Program-made: the position numbers and the translations under genes
Assembly (NCBI GenBank): GCA_030125685.1
Contig: JASJYA010000001.1
Span: 1 to 46,588, forward strand
Origin: Actinomycetota bacterium
GTDB taxonomy: Bacteria > Actinomycetota > Acidimicrobiia > Spongiisociales > UBA5794
Direction: 5' to 3'
Length of the DNA stretch: 46,588 nucleotides
Part shown: positions 36,825 through 46,194 of the stretch, piece after piece
How positions within the stretch are numbered: the stretch's first letter is position 1
How the letters are laid out: each line of letters starts with the position of its first letter
The notes under the pieces: generated by a model
Seen by the model: only the letters and a program-made list of their open reading frames with translations
Told to the model about the DNA's origin: nothing
Databases searched by the model: none

Positions 36825-37634
36825 GTGACCACCAGCGAAGCCACCACACCCACCGCTCCGGCGCCGCCCGGCTCCAAAGCTTCCTACGACTGGTCGAGTT
36901 TTCCGTGGTGGTTCGTAGGGATCCTGCTCACGATCCTATTCCCCGTCTACAAAATGTTGACCGATGAGACATGGGCGGATGGCTTCCTGTTCATCAAAGA
37001 CGGCATCACGCTCACGTTCACGGTCACGATCGGAGGATTCTTCATCGCTGTGATCGTCGGGCTCTTCGTAGCGTTCGGGAGGATGTCGAAACGCGCGGTG
37101 CCAAGAAACCTCGCGATGTATTACATCGAGCTGATGCGGGGTATCCCCGTCCTTGTCACGCTGTTCATGATCGGTCTTGTCATTGCTCCGTGGATCTTCG
37201 AGATGCTCGGTATCGGCCCTCGAACGGCGATTGCGTCAAAGGCCGTCAGAGCGACGGTCGCCGTCGGCCTCATTTACGCAGCATTCATCGCTGAAGTGTT
37301 CCGAGCCGGTATCGAGTCTGTCGGGAGAGGGCAGTGGGAGGCAGGGATGTCACTCGGACTCAACAGGTGGAAGGTTTTCCGTCTTGTTGTGTGGCCCCAG
37401 GCGATCAAGAACGTTCTCCCTGCCCTCGGAAACGACCTCATCGCCCTTCTCAAGGACTCGTCGCTCGTGTCGATCCTCGCGGTCCGTGAGCTCACTCAGA
37501 TGTCGAAACTGTGGACAGGTCGGTCCTTCCAGTTCTTTGCCGGGTTCATGATTCTCGCTGCGATGTATCTCACACTCACCGTCTCGCTGTCGCTGGCCCT
37601 TCAGTGGTACGAGCGCAAGATCAGTACCCCGTGA
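36825..37634 (+). CDS. polar amino-acid ABC transporter permease (His/Glu/Gln/Arg/opine family)
   Basis: EAA-loop region GQWEAGMSLGLNRWKVFRLVVWPQAIKNVLPALGNDLIALLKDSSL. Start is probably GTG 36825 (AAAGGA upstream). The ORF track starts at TTG 36795. Confidence 0.85.
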   Translation: MTTSEATTPTAPAPPGSKASYDWSSFPWWFVGILLTILFPVYKMLTDETWADGFLFIKDGITLTFTVTIGGFFIAVIVGLFVAFGRMSKRAVPRNLAMYYIELMRGIPVLVTLFMIGLVIAPWIFEMLGIGPRTAIASKAVRATVAVGLIYAAFIAEVFRAGIESVGRGQWEAGMSLGLNRWKVFRLVVWPQAIKNVLPALGNDLIALLKDSSLVSILAVRELTQMSKLWTGRSFQFFAGFMILAAMYLTLTVSLSLALQWYERKISTP

Positions 37635-38221
37635 CGTCCGCCCACTCCGGACCAGTCCAGCTAGTCATCCTGCCTGTGCACCATTTCGGCGGGATGTCTC
37701 GCCTGAGTGGCGTCCTGGGCCCCGGGCAGCGGTCAAAGCTGTCCCGAAACCTCTGTGACCGCGCCGTGAGCGCGGTGCAGGCCGCCGGACTCGACATCGT
37801 CGTGGTCTCGTCTTCACCGGATGTGGCGGAATGGGCGGAGGCCGCCGGAATCGAGACCTCGCCCGATCCGGGCGCCGGACTGTCAGCCGCAGCACACAGC
37901 GTCGTCACGAGATTGGGAGACAGACCGTGGATGCTGCTCCACGCCGATCTGCCTCTTATCACCGCTGCGGAAGTGACAAGGGTCGCCGAAACTGCGATTG
38001 ACACAACCGTGCTCGTACCCAGTCTCGACGGTGGCACCAACGCGATCGCGTCAAAGGGCGCCTTCCCTTTCGCTTACGGCCCGGGATCGTTCCACCGCCA
38101 TTTCGCGTCTGCGCCTGAAGCGACGATCATCTCGTCAACTGCTCTCTCCATCGACATCGACACGCCCGCGCAACTCAGGAACTTCCCGAATCTGACAGAA
38201 GTTTCTAGCCTCACCCCATGA
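37631..38221 (+). CDS. CofC/FbiD-like nucleotidyltransferase (2-phospho-L-lactate / PEP guanylyltransferase family)
   Basis: From GTG 37631 (GTGA overlap with the permease stop). Shows LHADLPLITAAEV, DGGTNAI, FAYGPGSFHRHF and SIDIDTPAQL, which parallel the conserved blocks of Mycobacterium FbiD as I recall them. Confidence 0.6.
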   Translation: MTSAHSGPVQLVILPVHHFGGMSRLSGVLGPGQRSKLSRNLCDRAVSAVQAAGLDIVVVSSSPDVAEWAEAAGIETSPDPGAGLSAAAHSVVTRLGDRPWMLLHADLPLITAAEVTRVAETAIDTTVLVPSLDGGTNAIASKGAFPFAYGPGSFHRHFASAPEATIISSTALSIDIDTPAQLRNFPNLTEVSSLTP

Positions 38222-38970
38222 CCTCAGACCTCTACGACGAGCTGGCGGGCGATCAAGCGCCACTCGCCACCCCGGATCGAGTGCTCACCATCGGAGCACA
38301 TCCAGACGACGCCGAGTTCGGTGCAGGGGCGACGCTCGCGCGCTGGGCGTCGGACGGCGCAGACGTGACGATGCTCATCGTGACCGACGGATCGAGGGGC
38401 TCGTGGGATCCAGACACCAACCAGACCCACCTGATACATCGCCGCAAGGACGAACAATCGCGCGCGGCGGACGTCCTCGGCGCCGCCTCGGTGATCCATC
38501 TCGACCATGTCGACGGCGAACTCGAAAATACGATGGAGCTACGCAGAAGTCTCGCCATGCACATCCGAGCCGCGAGACCAGACGTGCTGTTGACCCACGA
38601 CCCCTGGCAGCGGTACCAACTCCACCCGGATCACAGAGCGACGGGATTCGCGGCCGTCGACGCCATCGTCGCCGCGAGGGAACCGCTCGCCTATCGAGAC
38701 TCCTCGACCGCAGCGCACCGTCCTTCATCGGTACTCCTGTGGTCCGCAGATGAACCCGACCACGCCGAGCCGGTCACGCCGGAGTGGTTCGACGTGAAGA
38801 TCGAAGCGCTGTTGTGTCACGCCTCCCAGGGCAGCACCACAATGGGGGGTGCAGATTCCGGCGCCGATCGGCGTTTAGCGTTCATTGATCGACTCGCCGT
38901 ATGGCACACAGAGAACGGCGAACTCTTCGGTATCGGCCCTGCGGAAGTTTTTAAGAAGATCACCCCATAA
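38218..38970 (+). CDS. PIG-L/LmbE family deacetylase
   Basis: LTIGAHPDDAEFGAGATLARW and HPDH motifs. ATGA overlap with the preceding gene. Confidence 0.8.
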   Translation: MTSDLYDELAGDQAPLATPDRVLTIGAHPDDAEFGAGATLARWASDGADVTMLIVTDGSRGSWDPDTNQTHLIHRRKDEQSRAADVLGAASVIHLDHVDGELENTMELRRSLAMHIRAARPDVLLTHDPWQRYQLHPDHRATGFAAVDAIVAAREPLAYRDSSTAAHRPSSVLLWSADEPDHAEPVTPEWFDVKIEALLCHASQGSTTMGGADSGADRRLAFIDRLAVWHTENGELFGIGPAEVFKKITP

Positions 38971-38979
38971 GGAGGAACC

Positions 38980-40080
38980 GTGCACACTCTGGTTCTTGGC
39001 TCCGGCATTGTCGGCGCGGCGGCAACGTGGGATCTTGTCCGACGGGGCCACGAAGTCACCGTGGCGGACACTGATTACGACGCCGCGGTGCGCGTCGCCA
39101 CAGAGCACGGCGCACACCCCCTCCCCCTCGACGCTTCCGACTCGGTATCTCTCTTGACGGCGCTCAACGCTCACGACATCGTCGTCTCGGCGATCCCCTA
39201 CCGATTCGGTGAGAGCGTCGCGTCTGCGGCTGTCTCCACCCGTACCCACTACTTGGACTTCGGTGGAAACCCAGCAGTGGTTGCTGTTCAGAAGAAACTC
39301 CACAACGAGGCGCACGAGGCCGGGGTGATGATCGTCCCGGACTGCGGCCTTGCTCCCGGCCTCGCGAACGTGCTCGCCGAGGATCTCATCGCATCGGCCG
39401 ACGACGGACCTATCGATTCGATCCAGCTCCGCGTCGGAGCTCTCCCCCAAGAGCCCGTGGGAGCACTCGGATACCAGTTGGCGTTCAGCCCGGCGGGACT
39501 CATCAACGAATACGCGGAGCCGTGCGAGGTCATCGAAAACGGCGTCTACGGCGCTGTAGAGCCCTTGACCCGATTCGAAGATGTCGCATGGAAGCGTTGG
39601 GGACCGCTCGAGGCTTTCTCGACCGCAGGTGGAACTTCCACCATGGCGAAGAGACATGTCGGCAGGGTCACGGCACTTGAATACAAGACGTTGCGCTATC
39701 CGGGACACGGTCGGATCTTTCGTGCTCTCTATGAGATGGGCCTGTTTGAAGAAAAGAGTCGATCAAGTTCGGGGCCGCCGCGGCCGGTGCTCCTTGAGGC
39801 GCTGGAGCGATCCCTGCCGAGAGGAGAGCCGGACGTCGTGTTGATCCGAGTGTGGCGCGAACAGGCCGGCGACCGCTCGCAGGTGCAGATCGTCGACACG
39901 GCGCGGGACGGAATTTCCGCGTTAGCGAGGACCACGGCGTTCCCCGCAACGGCGCTCGCTGATCTGATTGCACGTGGCGTCGTCAATCAGCCGGGAGTAT
40001 CCACGATGAACGAGGCCGTACGAGGAAGCGACCTCCTGCCCGAACTCGTATCGGTCGGGATCGAACCTGAACGGATCTAG
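38980..40080 (+). CDS. saccharopine dehydrogenase-like NAD(P)-binding oxidoreductase
   Basis: Rossmann start LVLGSGIVGAAATWDLVRRGHEVTVAD with a C-terminal Sacchrp_dh-like region. GTG start with AGGAGG 5 nt upstream. Confidence 0.7.
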   Translation: MHTLVLGSGIVGAAATWDLVRRGHEVTVADTDYDAAVRVATEHGAHPLPLDASDSVSLLTALNAHDIVVSAIPYRFGESVASAAVSTRTHYLDFGGNPAVVAVQKKLHNEAHEAGVMIVPDCGLAPGLANVLAEDLIASADDGPIDSIQLRVGALPQEPVGALGYQLAFSPAGLINEYAEPCEVIENGVYGAVEPLTRFEDVAWKRWGPLEAFSTAGGTSTMAKRHVGRVTALEYKTLRYPGHGRIFRALYEMGLFEEKSRSSSGPPRPVLLEALERSLPRGEPDVVLIRVWREQAGDRSQVQIVDTARDGISALARTTAFPATALADLIARGVVNQPGVSTMNEAVRGSDLLPELVSVGIEPERI

Positions 40081-41306
40081 AGGTCTGTCTCGTACTCGGC
40101 GACCACGCCGATCTTGTCTCCCGACTCGATGTCGAAGAAGTGCAACTTCCTCGTGTCAATCACGAGATCGACCTCCGAGCGGTCGGGTACCGCCACGTCA
40201 GGGCTGACACGGGCTGTAAACCGATTCTGGTCACCGAGGGACGCTGCGGTCTGGCCGGTGTCCGCAAGCAACTCCAAGATGTCGGGAGTGACGACCGGGG
40301 GCGAGTCCAAGTAGAAGTGAACGTACGACTCAGAACCGAGCAGCTCGTTGACATCTGTGGTGACATGAATCGTCCGGTCCGCAACGCCGGTCGTGACCCT
40401 CGCGTCCTCGAACGCGCTCGGGCGGATTCCGATGACGATCTCCACACCGAAGTGGTTTTCGATCCCGGGGTGCGCGTCGACAGCAGCCTGATCGACAGTG
40501 ATCGTGTGGCCCCCGAAGGACGCCGTGACAGAGTCACCCTCTTCGTTGAGCACACCGTACACCATGTTCATTGCAGGACTGCCTATGAAGCCTGCTACGA
40601 ACAAGTTGACAGGGTTGTTGAAAAGCTCGGTCGGTATAGCGACTTGCTGGAGGTTGTATGGGCGCTTTGTTGACACCGGTCGCATCACAGCGACCCTGTG
40701 CCCGAGGGTCATCGCCTCGATCTGATCGTGGGTCACATATACCGTGGTCGTACCGAGGCGGTGATGCAGACGGCTGAGCTCGGTGCGCATCTGGACGCGC
40801 AGCTTCGCGTCAAGGTTCGAGAGCGGTTCGTCCATCAAGAAGGCCTTCGGCTCTCTCACGATCGCACGCCCCATCGCGACCCGTTGGCGCTGACCGCCTG
40901 AGAGCGCCTTCGGCTTGCGTTCCATGAGTTCGGTGATCTCAAGGGTCTCCGCTGCTTCGTCGACACGCCGCTTGATCTCGTCCTTGGGCATCTTGCGCAG
41001 CTTGAGGCCGAACGCCATGTTGTCCCGCACCGACATGTGCGGGTACAGGGCGTAGTTCTGGAACACCATTGCTATGTCCCTGTCCTTGGGCGGAACGTCA
41101 TTCACGACCGTGTCGCCAATACTCATCTTGCCTTCGGTGATGTCCTCGAGTCCGGCGATCATTCGAAGCACGGTTGACTTTCCACACCCGGAAGGCCCGA
41201 CAAGAACGAGAAACTCGCCATCCCTGATCTCGAGGTTTACCTGCCCGACCGCCCGAGTCCCATCCGGGTAGATCTTCCCGATGTCTTCAAGCGTGATCGA
41301 TGCCAT
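40077..41306 (-). CDS. sugar-type ABC transporter ATP-binding protein (MalK/UgpC/MsiK-like)
   Basis: Walker A GPSGCGKST, signature LSGGQRQRVAMGRA and Walker B FLMDEPLSNLD, plus a long MalK-type C-terminal regulatory domain. No adjacent permease genes. Confidence 0.9.
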   Translation of the reverse strand: MASITLEDIGKIYPDGTRAVGQVNLEIRDGEFLVLVGPSGCGKSTVLRMIAGLEDITEGKMSIGDTVVNDVPPKDRDIAMVFQNYALYPHMSVRDNMAFGLKLRKMPKDEIKRRVDEAAETLEITELMERKPKALSGGQRQRVAMGRAIVREPKAFLMDEPLSNLDAKLRVQMRTELSRLHHRLGTTTVYVTHDQIEAMTLGHRVAVMRPVSTKRPYNLQQVAIPTELFNNPVNLFVAGFIGSPAMNMVYGVLNEEGDSVTASFGGHTITVDQAAVDAHPGIENHFGVEIVIGIRPSAFEDARVTTGVADRTIHVTTDVNELLGSESYVHFYLDSPPVVTPDILELLADTGQTAASLGDQNRFTARVSPDVAVPDRSEVDLVIDTRKLHFFDIESGDKIGVVAEYETDL

Positions 41307-41386
41307 GGCTCCTCCGAGATCGTCCGAATATCGACGGAGGTTACTACGCGACGAGGAGGATCCGTAATGGTCGCTAGTGTGGAGGC

Positions 41387-42100
41387 ATGACCGAATCCCA
41401 AGTTGCAGTGATCCCAGGAGGCACCGGCTCTGTTGGAAGCTGCCTCGTACCGAAACTTCTTGACCGAGGCTTCAAGGTAGCAGTGACCTACCTCCTGCCG
41501 GATGAGGCGACCGCGCTCGAGGAGAAACTCGATGTCGATGAAACCAGGCTGATTATCCGCAGGGTCGATGCTGTAGACACGAACGCGCTCACTTCGTTTT
41601 TCCAAGAGGCCAGCGAGAGATTCGGACCTATCAACGTAATGGCTTCGCTCGTTGGCGGATGGTCCGGGGGCCGCGATGTGTCCGAAACGGATGACGTTCG
41701 TCTTGAGCGTATGCTTGATCTGAACCTCAAGACAGCGTGGAACGCCACGAAAGCAGCGCTGCCACACATGTCTGAAGATTGGGGCCGGATCATCCTCATG
41801 GGGTCGAAGCACGCTCAGGAAACCCCGACAGGCCAAGCCGCCTACAACATGGCGAAGGCGGGCGTCGTGGCGCTCGCACACTCCGTTGCCGCCGAGCTGC
41901 TCGACACAGAGACGACATGCAACGCTCTGCTGCCCTCAGTCATCAACACCGAGGCGACACGCGCGGCTCTTCCGTACTCTGATTACGTCAAGTGGCCGCA
42001 GCCCGAGGAGATCGCCCAGGTGATCAACTTCCTCGCAAGCAGGGAGTCGAAGGTCATCAATGGCGGCGCTGTCCCCGTGTGGGGCTCAGCCCTGATCTGA
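41387..42100 (+). CDS. SDR family oxidoreductase
   Basis: VIPGGTGSVGSCLVPKLLDRGFKV cofactor motif and YNMAKAG catalytic motif. Confidence 0.8.
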   Translation: MTESQVAVIPGGTGSVGSCLVPKLLDRGFKVAVTYLLPDEATALEEKLDVDETRLIIRRVDAVDTNALTSFFQEASERFGPINVMASLVGGWSGGRDVSETDDVRLERMLDLNLKTAWNATKAALPHMSEDWGRIILMGSKHAQETPTGQAAYNMAKAGVVALAHSVAAELLDTETTCNALLPSVINTEATRAALPYSDYVKWPQPEEIAQVINFLASRESKVINGGAVPVWGSALI

Positions 42101-42107
42101 TCGAAGC

Positions 42108-43901
42108 GTGACGCGTCGTAGGTCTCGCGGAGGAACGGCGGTGCCACTCAAGTTCGATGTGATCATCATCGGATCAGGATTCGGCGGAAGTGTGAGCGCT
42201 ATGCGTCTCACCGAGAAGGGGTACCGAGTTGCTGTGTTGGAGGCCGGCAGGCGTTGGCGGACCGAAGACTTCCCGAAGACCAACTGGAACACTCGCAAAT
42301 CGCTCTGGTTCCCAAAGCTCGGCATGCACGGCATTCAGCGCATGTCTCTCCTCCCGGACATCATGGTGCTCAGCGGCGCAGGCGTCGGTGGAGGCTCTCT
42401 GGTGTACGCCAACACGCTCTACGAGCCGCTCGATCCGTTCTACTCAGATGACCAGTGGGGAGCGATCACTGACTGGAAGAAGGAGCTTGCTCTACACTTT
42501 CTCTCGGCGAGGCACATGCTCGGGGCCACGGAGAATCCACTGGACACGCCCGCTGACGAGGTGATGCGGCGTGTCGCGGGCAAGCTCGGGGTCGGCGACA
42601 CGTTTCACCCGACCGATGTCGGGGTGTTCTTCGGTGAAGCGGGTGTCGATATCGAGGATCCATATTTTGGCGGCGAAGGCCCGGCCCGAGCAGGATGCAT
42701 CGCGTGTGGGAACTGCATGGTGGGGTGTCGCCACAACGCAAAGAACACGCTCGACAAGAACTACCTCTACTTCGCCGAGCAGCGAGGGGCGTCCGTGTTC
42801 CCCTCCCAGCAGGTGGTCGACGTCGAGCGTTCGAACTCACGTTGGTTGGTCACGGCTCGCAAGCCCGGCGCCTGGTTCGCTCGGAGTGGAACGACCTATG
42901 AGGCGGATCACGTCATCTTCTCCGCCGGCGCGCTCGGGTCAACCCGGCTCTTGCTGGAACTTCAAGAACGTGGGCGACTGCCGCGACTCTCCCACAGGAT
43001 CGGCTATCAGACCCGGACCAATTCTGAGGCGATCGTCGGAGCAGTCGCCAAGAACCGAAAGGTCGATTACAGCAGAGGCATCGCGATCACGTCCTCGATC
43101 CACCCGACGCCCGACACCCATATCGAACCGGTTCGCTACGGGCCCGGCTCGAACGCTCTCGGCCTACTCGGTGTGCTGCTCACCGACGGCGGAGACGGAA
43201 TGCCGCGCCAGTTACGTTTCGCCGCCAACATCGCAAGACACCCGGTCGCGTTCCTGCGATCGCTGTCGGTGTGGCATTGGTCTGAGCGGTCCATCATCCT
43301 GCTCGTGATGCAGACGAAGGACAACAGCATCCGGCTGCTCCGCAAGAAGGGCTGGTTCAGAACCAGGCTGTCATCGACCCAGGGCGAGGGAGAGCCGAAC
43401 CCGAGCTACATCCCTATCGCGAACGACATCGCCCGCGCAACCGCCGCCGAGATCGACGGCGTCGGATTCTCGTCCTTCAACGAAGTGCTCTTTGACACGC
43501 CTACAACCGCGCACATCCTCGGCGGAGCGCCCGTCGGGGCCACGCCGGACACGGGGGTGATCGACGCGTACCACAGGGTCTTCGGCCATGCGGGCCTTCA
43601 CGTGATCGACGGCGCTGCGATCGGCGCCAACCTGGGGGTAAACCCCGCCCTGACGATCACCGCCATGGCCGAGCGAGCCGTGTCGATGTGGCCGGACAAG
43701 GGCGATCCTGACCAGCGCCCTCCCCTCGGCGAGGAGTACCGGAGACCTACGTCCCACCTTCAGGGAGGATTGGCGAGTCTTCGAGCCAGGGGGGCCTGCG
43801 AGCCCGCGAGCCTGGAGGAGCTCCGAGCCATCGAACCTTCTTCACGGACCAACAAACTCGTCGAGGAAGGCCGCGACCTCACCCACGAGACGAGGCCCTG
43901 A
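42108..43901 (+). CDS. GMC family FAD oxidoreductase (ChoD/cholesterol oxidase-like)
   Basis: DVIIIGSGFGGSVSAMRLTEKGYRVAVLEAG FAD motif, GCIACGNCMVGCRHNAKNTLDKNYL, and C-terminal HILGGAP...VIDGA. Confidence 0.85.
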   Translation: MTRRRSRGGTAVPLKFDVIIIGSGFGGSVSAMRLTEKGYRVAVLEAGRRWRTEDFPKTNWNTRKSLWFPKLGMHGIQRMSLLPDIMVLSGAGVGGGSLVYANTLYEPLDPFYSDDQWGAITDWKKELALHFLSARHMLGATENPLDTPADEVMRRVAGKLGVGDTFHPTDVGVFFGEAGVDIEDPYFGGEGPARAGCIACGNCMVGCRHNAKNTLDKNYLYFAEQRGASVFPSQQVVDVERSNSRWLVTARKPGAWFARSGTTYEADHVIFSAGALGSTRLLLELQERGRLPRLSHRIGYQTRTNSEAIVGAVAKNRKVDYSRGIAITSSIHPTPDTHIEPVRYGPGSNALGLLGVLLTDGGDGMPRQLRFAANIARHPVAFLRSLSVWHWSERSIILLVMQTKDNSIRLLRKKGWFRTRLSSTQGEGEPNPSYIPIANDIARATAAEIDGVGFSSFNEVLFDTPTTAHILGGAPVGATPDTGVIDAYHRVFGHAGLHVIDGAAIGANLGVNPALTITAMAERAVSMWPDKGDPDQRPPLGEEYRRPTSHLQGGLASLRARGACEPASLEELRAIEPSSRTNKLVEEGRDLTHETRP

Positions 43902-44666
43902 CGTCAGCGCGTGGTCGTTGTGATTCGCGCCCTCGATCATCACGAATTTCTTCGGCTGAGCAGCCGCTTCGTACACAAGGCGACTCTGATCAGCAGGCAC
44001 GATGCTGTCGGCCGAACCTGCCACGATGAGGAGGGGGACATCGATTCCGGCAATCCTTTCGACGTTCGGAAAGCGGTCCCACATCAACAGCGATGTCGGC
44101 AGGAACGGGTAGTGGACCGCTCCGATGTCGGGGAGAGAGGCGAAGGGCGAGCGCAACACGAGAGCGGCCGGCGGTCGCTGCTTCGCTACGCCGATCGCCA
44201 CGGCCGCGCCGAGGGACTCGCCGAAGTACACCAGAAGGTCGGCATCGATGTCCGGACGAGCCACGAGATACGCAACGGCAGCTCTCCCGTCTGCAAGGAG
44301 GCTGTCCTCTGTGGGACTGCCGGGATTTCCTCCATAGCCTCGATAGTCGACGAGCAGCACGCTGTAGCCGTGGTCGGCCAGCGCTCTCGCGAACGGTACT
44401 CGATCACTCCGGTTGCCTGCGTTGCCGTTGAACACGATCACGGTCGCCCCGTTGGGATCCCGGGCCGCAGGTAGCAGCCACGCCGCCAAGGTCAGCCCGT
44501 CCTCGGTGGGAAACGTCACCTCTTCAGCGCTGGGCAGTACGACGGCTATGTCCGTCAGAGCCTGGGTCGGGAGGTAGATGAGCCGCCGTTGGAAGACCCA
44601 CATGAACGCGACGAGCAGCAGGAATACGAGCGCTACGATGACAACGACTCTCACGATACGTCGCAC
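43842..44666 (-). CDS. alpha/beta hydrolase with N-terminal membrane anchor
   Basis: TM VVVIVALVFLLLVAFMWVF and nucleophile elbow GESLGAAVA. The start is uncertain. GTG 44666 (GGGAG upstream) is preferred over the ORF-track start at 44855. Confidence 0.7.
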   Translation of the reverse strand: MRRIVRVVVIVALVFLLLVAFMWVFQRRLIYLPTQALTDIAVVLPSAEEVTFPTEDGLTLAAWLLPAARDPNGATVIVFNGNAGNRSDRVPFARALADHGYSVLLVDYRGYGGNPGSPTEDSLLADGRAAVAYLVARPDIDADLLVYFGESLGAAVAIGVAKQRPPAALVLRSPFASLPDIGAVHYPFLPTSLLMWDRFPNVERIAGIDVPLLIVAGSADSIVPADQSRLVYEAAAQPKKFVMIEGANHNDHALTSGPRLVGEVAAFLDEFVGP

Positions 44667-44838
44667 AGTTGCCGCTCCCAGCACCAGGGTATGAAAACTC
44701 CGAGGGCACACTTCACCATGCAAGCTTGACAGCTCGACCCACAACCGGCAAACCCGAGACAGACCAAGCAATCCCTGGGATGATGGAGCGCCAAAGAACC
44801 CGGACGTGTTCACGGCGCCGCAGAAAAGGAGTTGACCG

Positions 44839-45597
44839 ATCGCCCACCAGGCCACCCTCAGGTTTTACGCAGAGCTGAAGGACTTCCTCCCCAAGAGCCT
44901 GCGGTCGGGTACGGTAACCCGCAGCTTTGAAGTCCCAGGGAGCGTGAAGGACATGATCGAGGCTTGCGGCGTCCCTCACACCGAGGTCGATCTGATCGTT
45001 GCGAACGGTCGCTCCGTCGACTTCTCCTATCTTGTCAACGGTGAGGACCGCATCAGCGTCTTCCCTGTGTTTGAGGCATTCGACATCACACCGATCGTCA
45101 AAGTACGACCGGAGCCCCTTCGAACGGTGCGGTTCGTCGCCGATAACCACCTGGGTCGCCTGGCGCGTCTCCTCCGGCTCTTGGGCCTCGACACGCTCTA
45201 TGAGCGCGATTGGACCGATCCTGAGCTGGTGCGGATCTCGACCTCAGATCAACGCATTCTCCTCACCCGGGATGTGGGCCTTCTCAAGCGCGCCTCGGTC
45301 ACCCACGGCGCCTACGTCCGAGCAACCGACCCGAGGGAACAGATGACCGAGGTCGTCCGCCGCTTCCATCTGGCTCGACGCCTCGCTCCCTTCACTCGAT
45401 GCATGGCCTGCAACGGGGAGCTGACTCCGGTCGCCAAGGAGGAGATCGCCCACCGGCTGCCACCCGAAACGCGCAGACACGTCGACGACTATCGGGCGTG
45501 CGCCTCGTGCGGCAAGGTCTACTGGCAGGGGGCGCACCATGCCGAGCTGCAACGGATCGTTGCAGCCGCCTGCCGAGCCGACCCTGTCTCCAAGTAG
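44839..45597 (+). CDS. Mut7-C RNase domain protein with N-terminal ubiquitin-like (Ub-Mut7C) domain
   Basis: RFVADNHLGRLARLLRLLGLDTLY, RILLTRD, and the zinc ribbon CMACNG...CASCGKVYWQGAHH. The conserved RFYAELKDFLP N-terminus lies upstream of the first canonical start (GTG 44944). The proposed start is ATC 44839, 7 nt after AAGGAG. Confidence 0.7.
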   Translation: MAHQATLRFYAELKDFLPKSLRSGTVTRSFEVPGSVKDMIEACGVPHTEVDLIVANGRSVDFSYLVNGEDRISVFPVFEAFDITPIVKVRPEPLRTVRFVADNHLGRLARLLRLLGLDTLYERDWTDPELVRISTSDQRILLTRDVGLLKRASVTHGAYVRATDPREQMTEVVRRFHLARRLAPFTRCMACNGELTPVAKEEIAHRLPPETRRHVDDYRACASCGKVYWQGAHHAELQRIVAAACRADPVSK

Positions 45598-45678
45598 CTC
45601 GTCGAGAAGCCCTCGCTTGGAATCGATGACGGTGGTTCCGCCGCCTCGCCCGAGGCAGGCACGATGCGACGTGCTGTG

Positions 45679-46194
45679 CTATTCGTAGCTACGTCGGATC
45701 GACGCTCTCAGGTCCTTCATTAGCACATACAGGTGGTTCGGGTTCTGCTCGAGTGCCACGAACCCGTATCGCTGGTAGAACGCTGCAGCTCCATCGTCCT
45801 TGGCGTGCACAAACACAGCTCTCCCACCGATGTCGTCGGCCGCGGCCGCACAGCGTGCCAGGGCGTCCTTCAGGAGATCGCCACCAAGACCGGTGCCCTG
45901 GACGCACCGATCGAGACCAAGGCGCGCGAGGAGGATCACCGGGATCGGCCTTTGGCGCGGCAGCCCGGCGCCCAGGCGGCCTGGCGCCTCTTCAGGCTCG
46001 ATTGTGTGCGGGGCCAAGGTGCAGAAGCCCACGATCCGTGTATCTCGCTCGAGGACGTAGGACACCGAAGCGCCGGCGCCCTGAGCGGACAGAGCGAAGC
46101 GCTTGAGCCACTCGTCGAGGGCTGGCACACCGCAGTCAAACCGATCGAGGTCGTCGCTTGCCTCGATCCTGCGAACGCGCCGCAGTTCGGTCAC
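45679..46194 (-). CDS. GNAT-family acetyltransferase toxin (TacT/AtaT/KacT-like)
   Basis: 171 aa with an IEASDDLDRFDCGVPALDEWLKRFA N-terminus and a GNAT core ending in FYQRYGF. A 4-nt overlap links it to the DUF1778 gene. Confidence 0.8.
   Translation of the reverse strand: MTELRRVRRIEASDDLDRFDCGVPALDEWLKRFALSAQGAGASVSYVLERDTRIVGFCTLAPHTIEPEEAPGRLGAGLPRQRPIPVILLARLGLDRCVQGTGLGGDLLKDALARCAAAADDIGGRAVFVHAKDDGAAAFYQRYGFVALEQNPNHLYVLMKDLRASIRRSYE

Noticed and set aside
44726-44731. A TTGACA hexamer upstream of the Mut7-C gene as a -35 element.
   Set aside because: There is no acceptable -10 hexamer at 16-19 bp spacing, so this is likely chance.
45659-45674. A short hairpin, GCACG-atgcga-CGTGC, in the convergent Mut7-C/GNAT spacer as a terminator.
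   Set aside because: The stem is only 5 bp with no U-tract on either strand, which is too weak to call.
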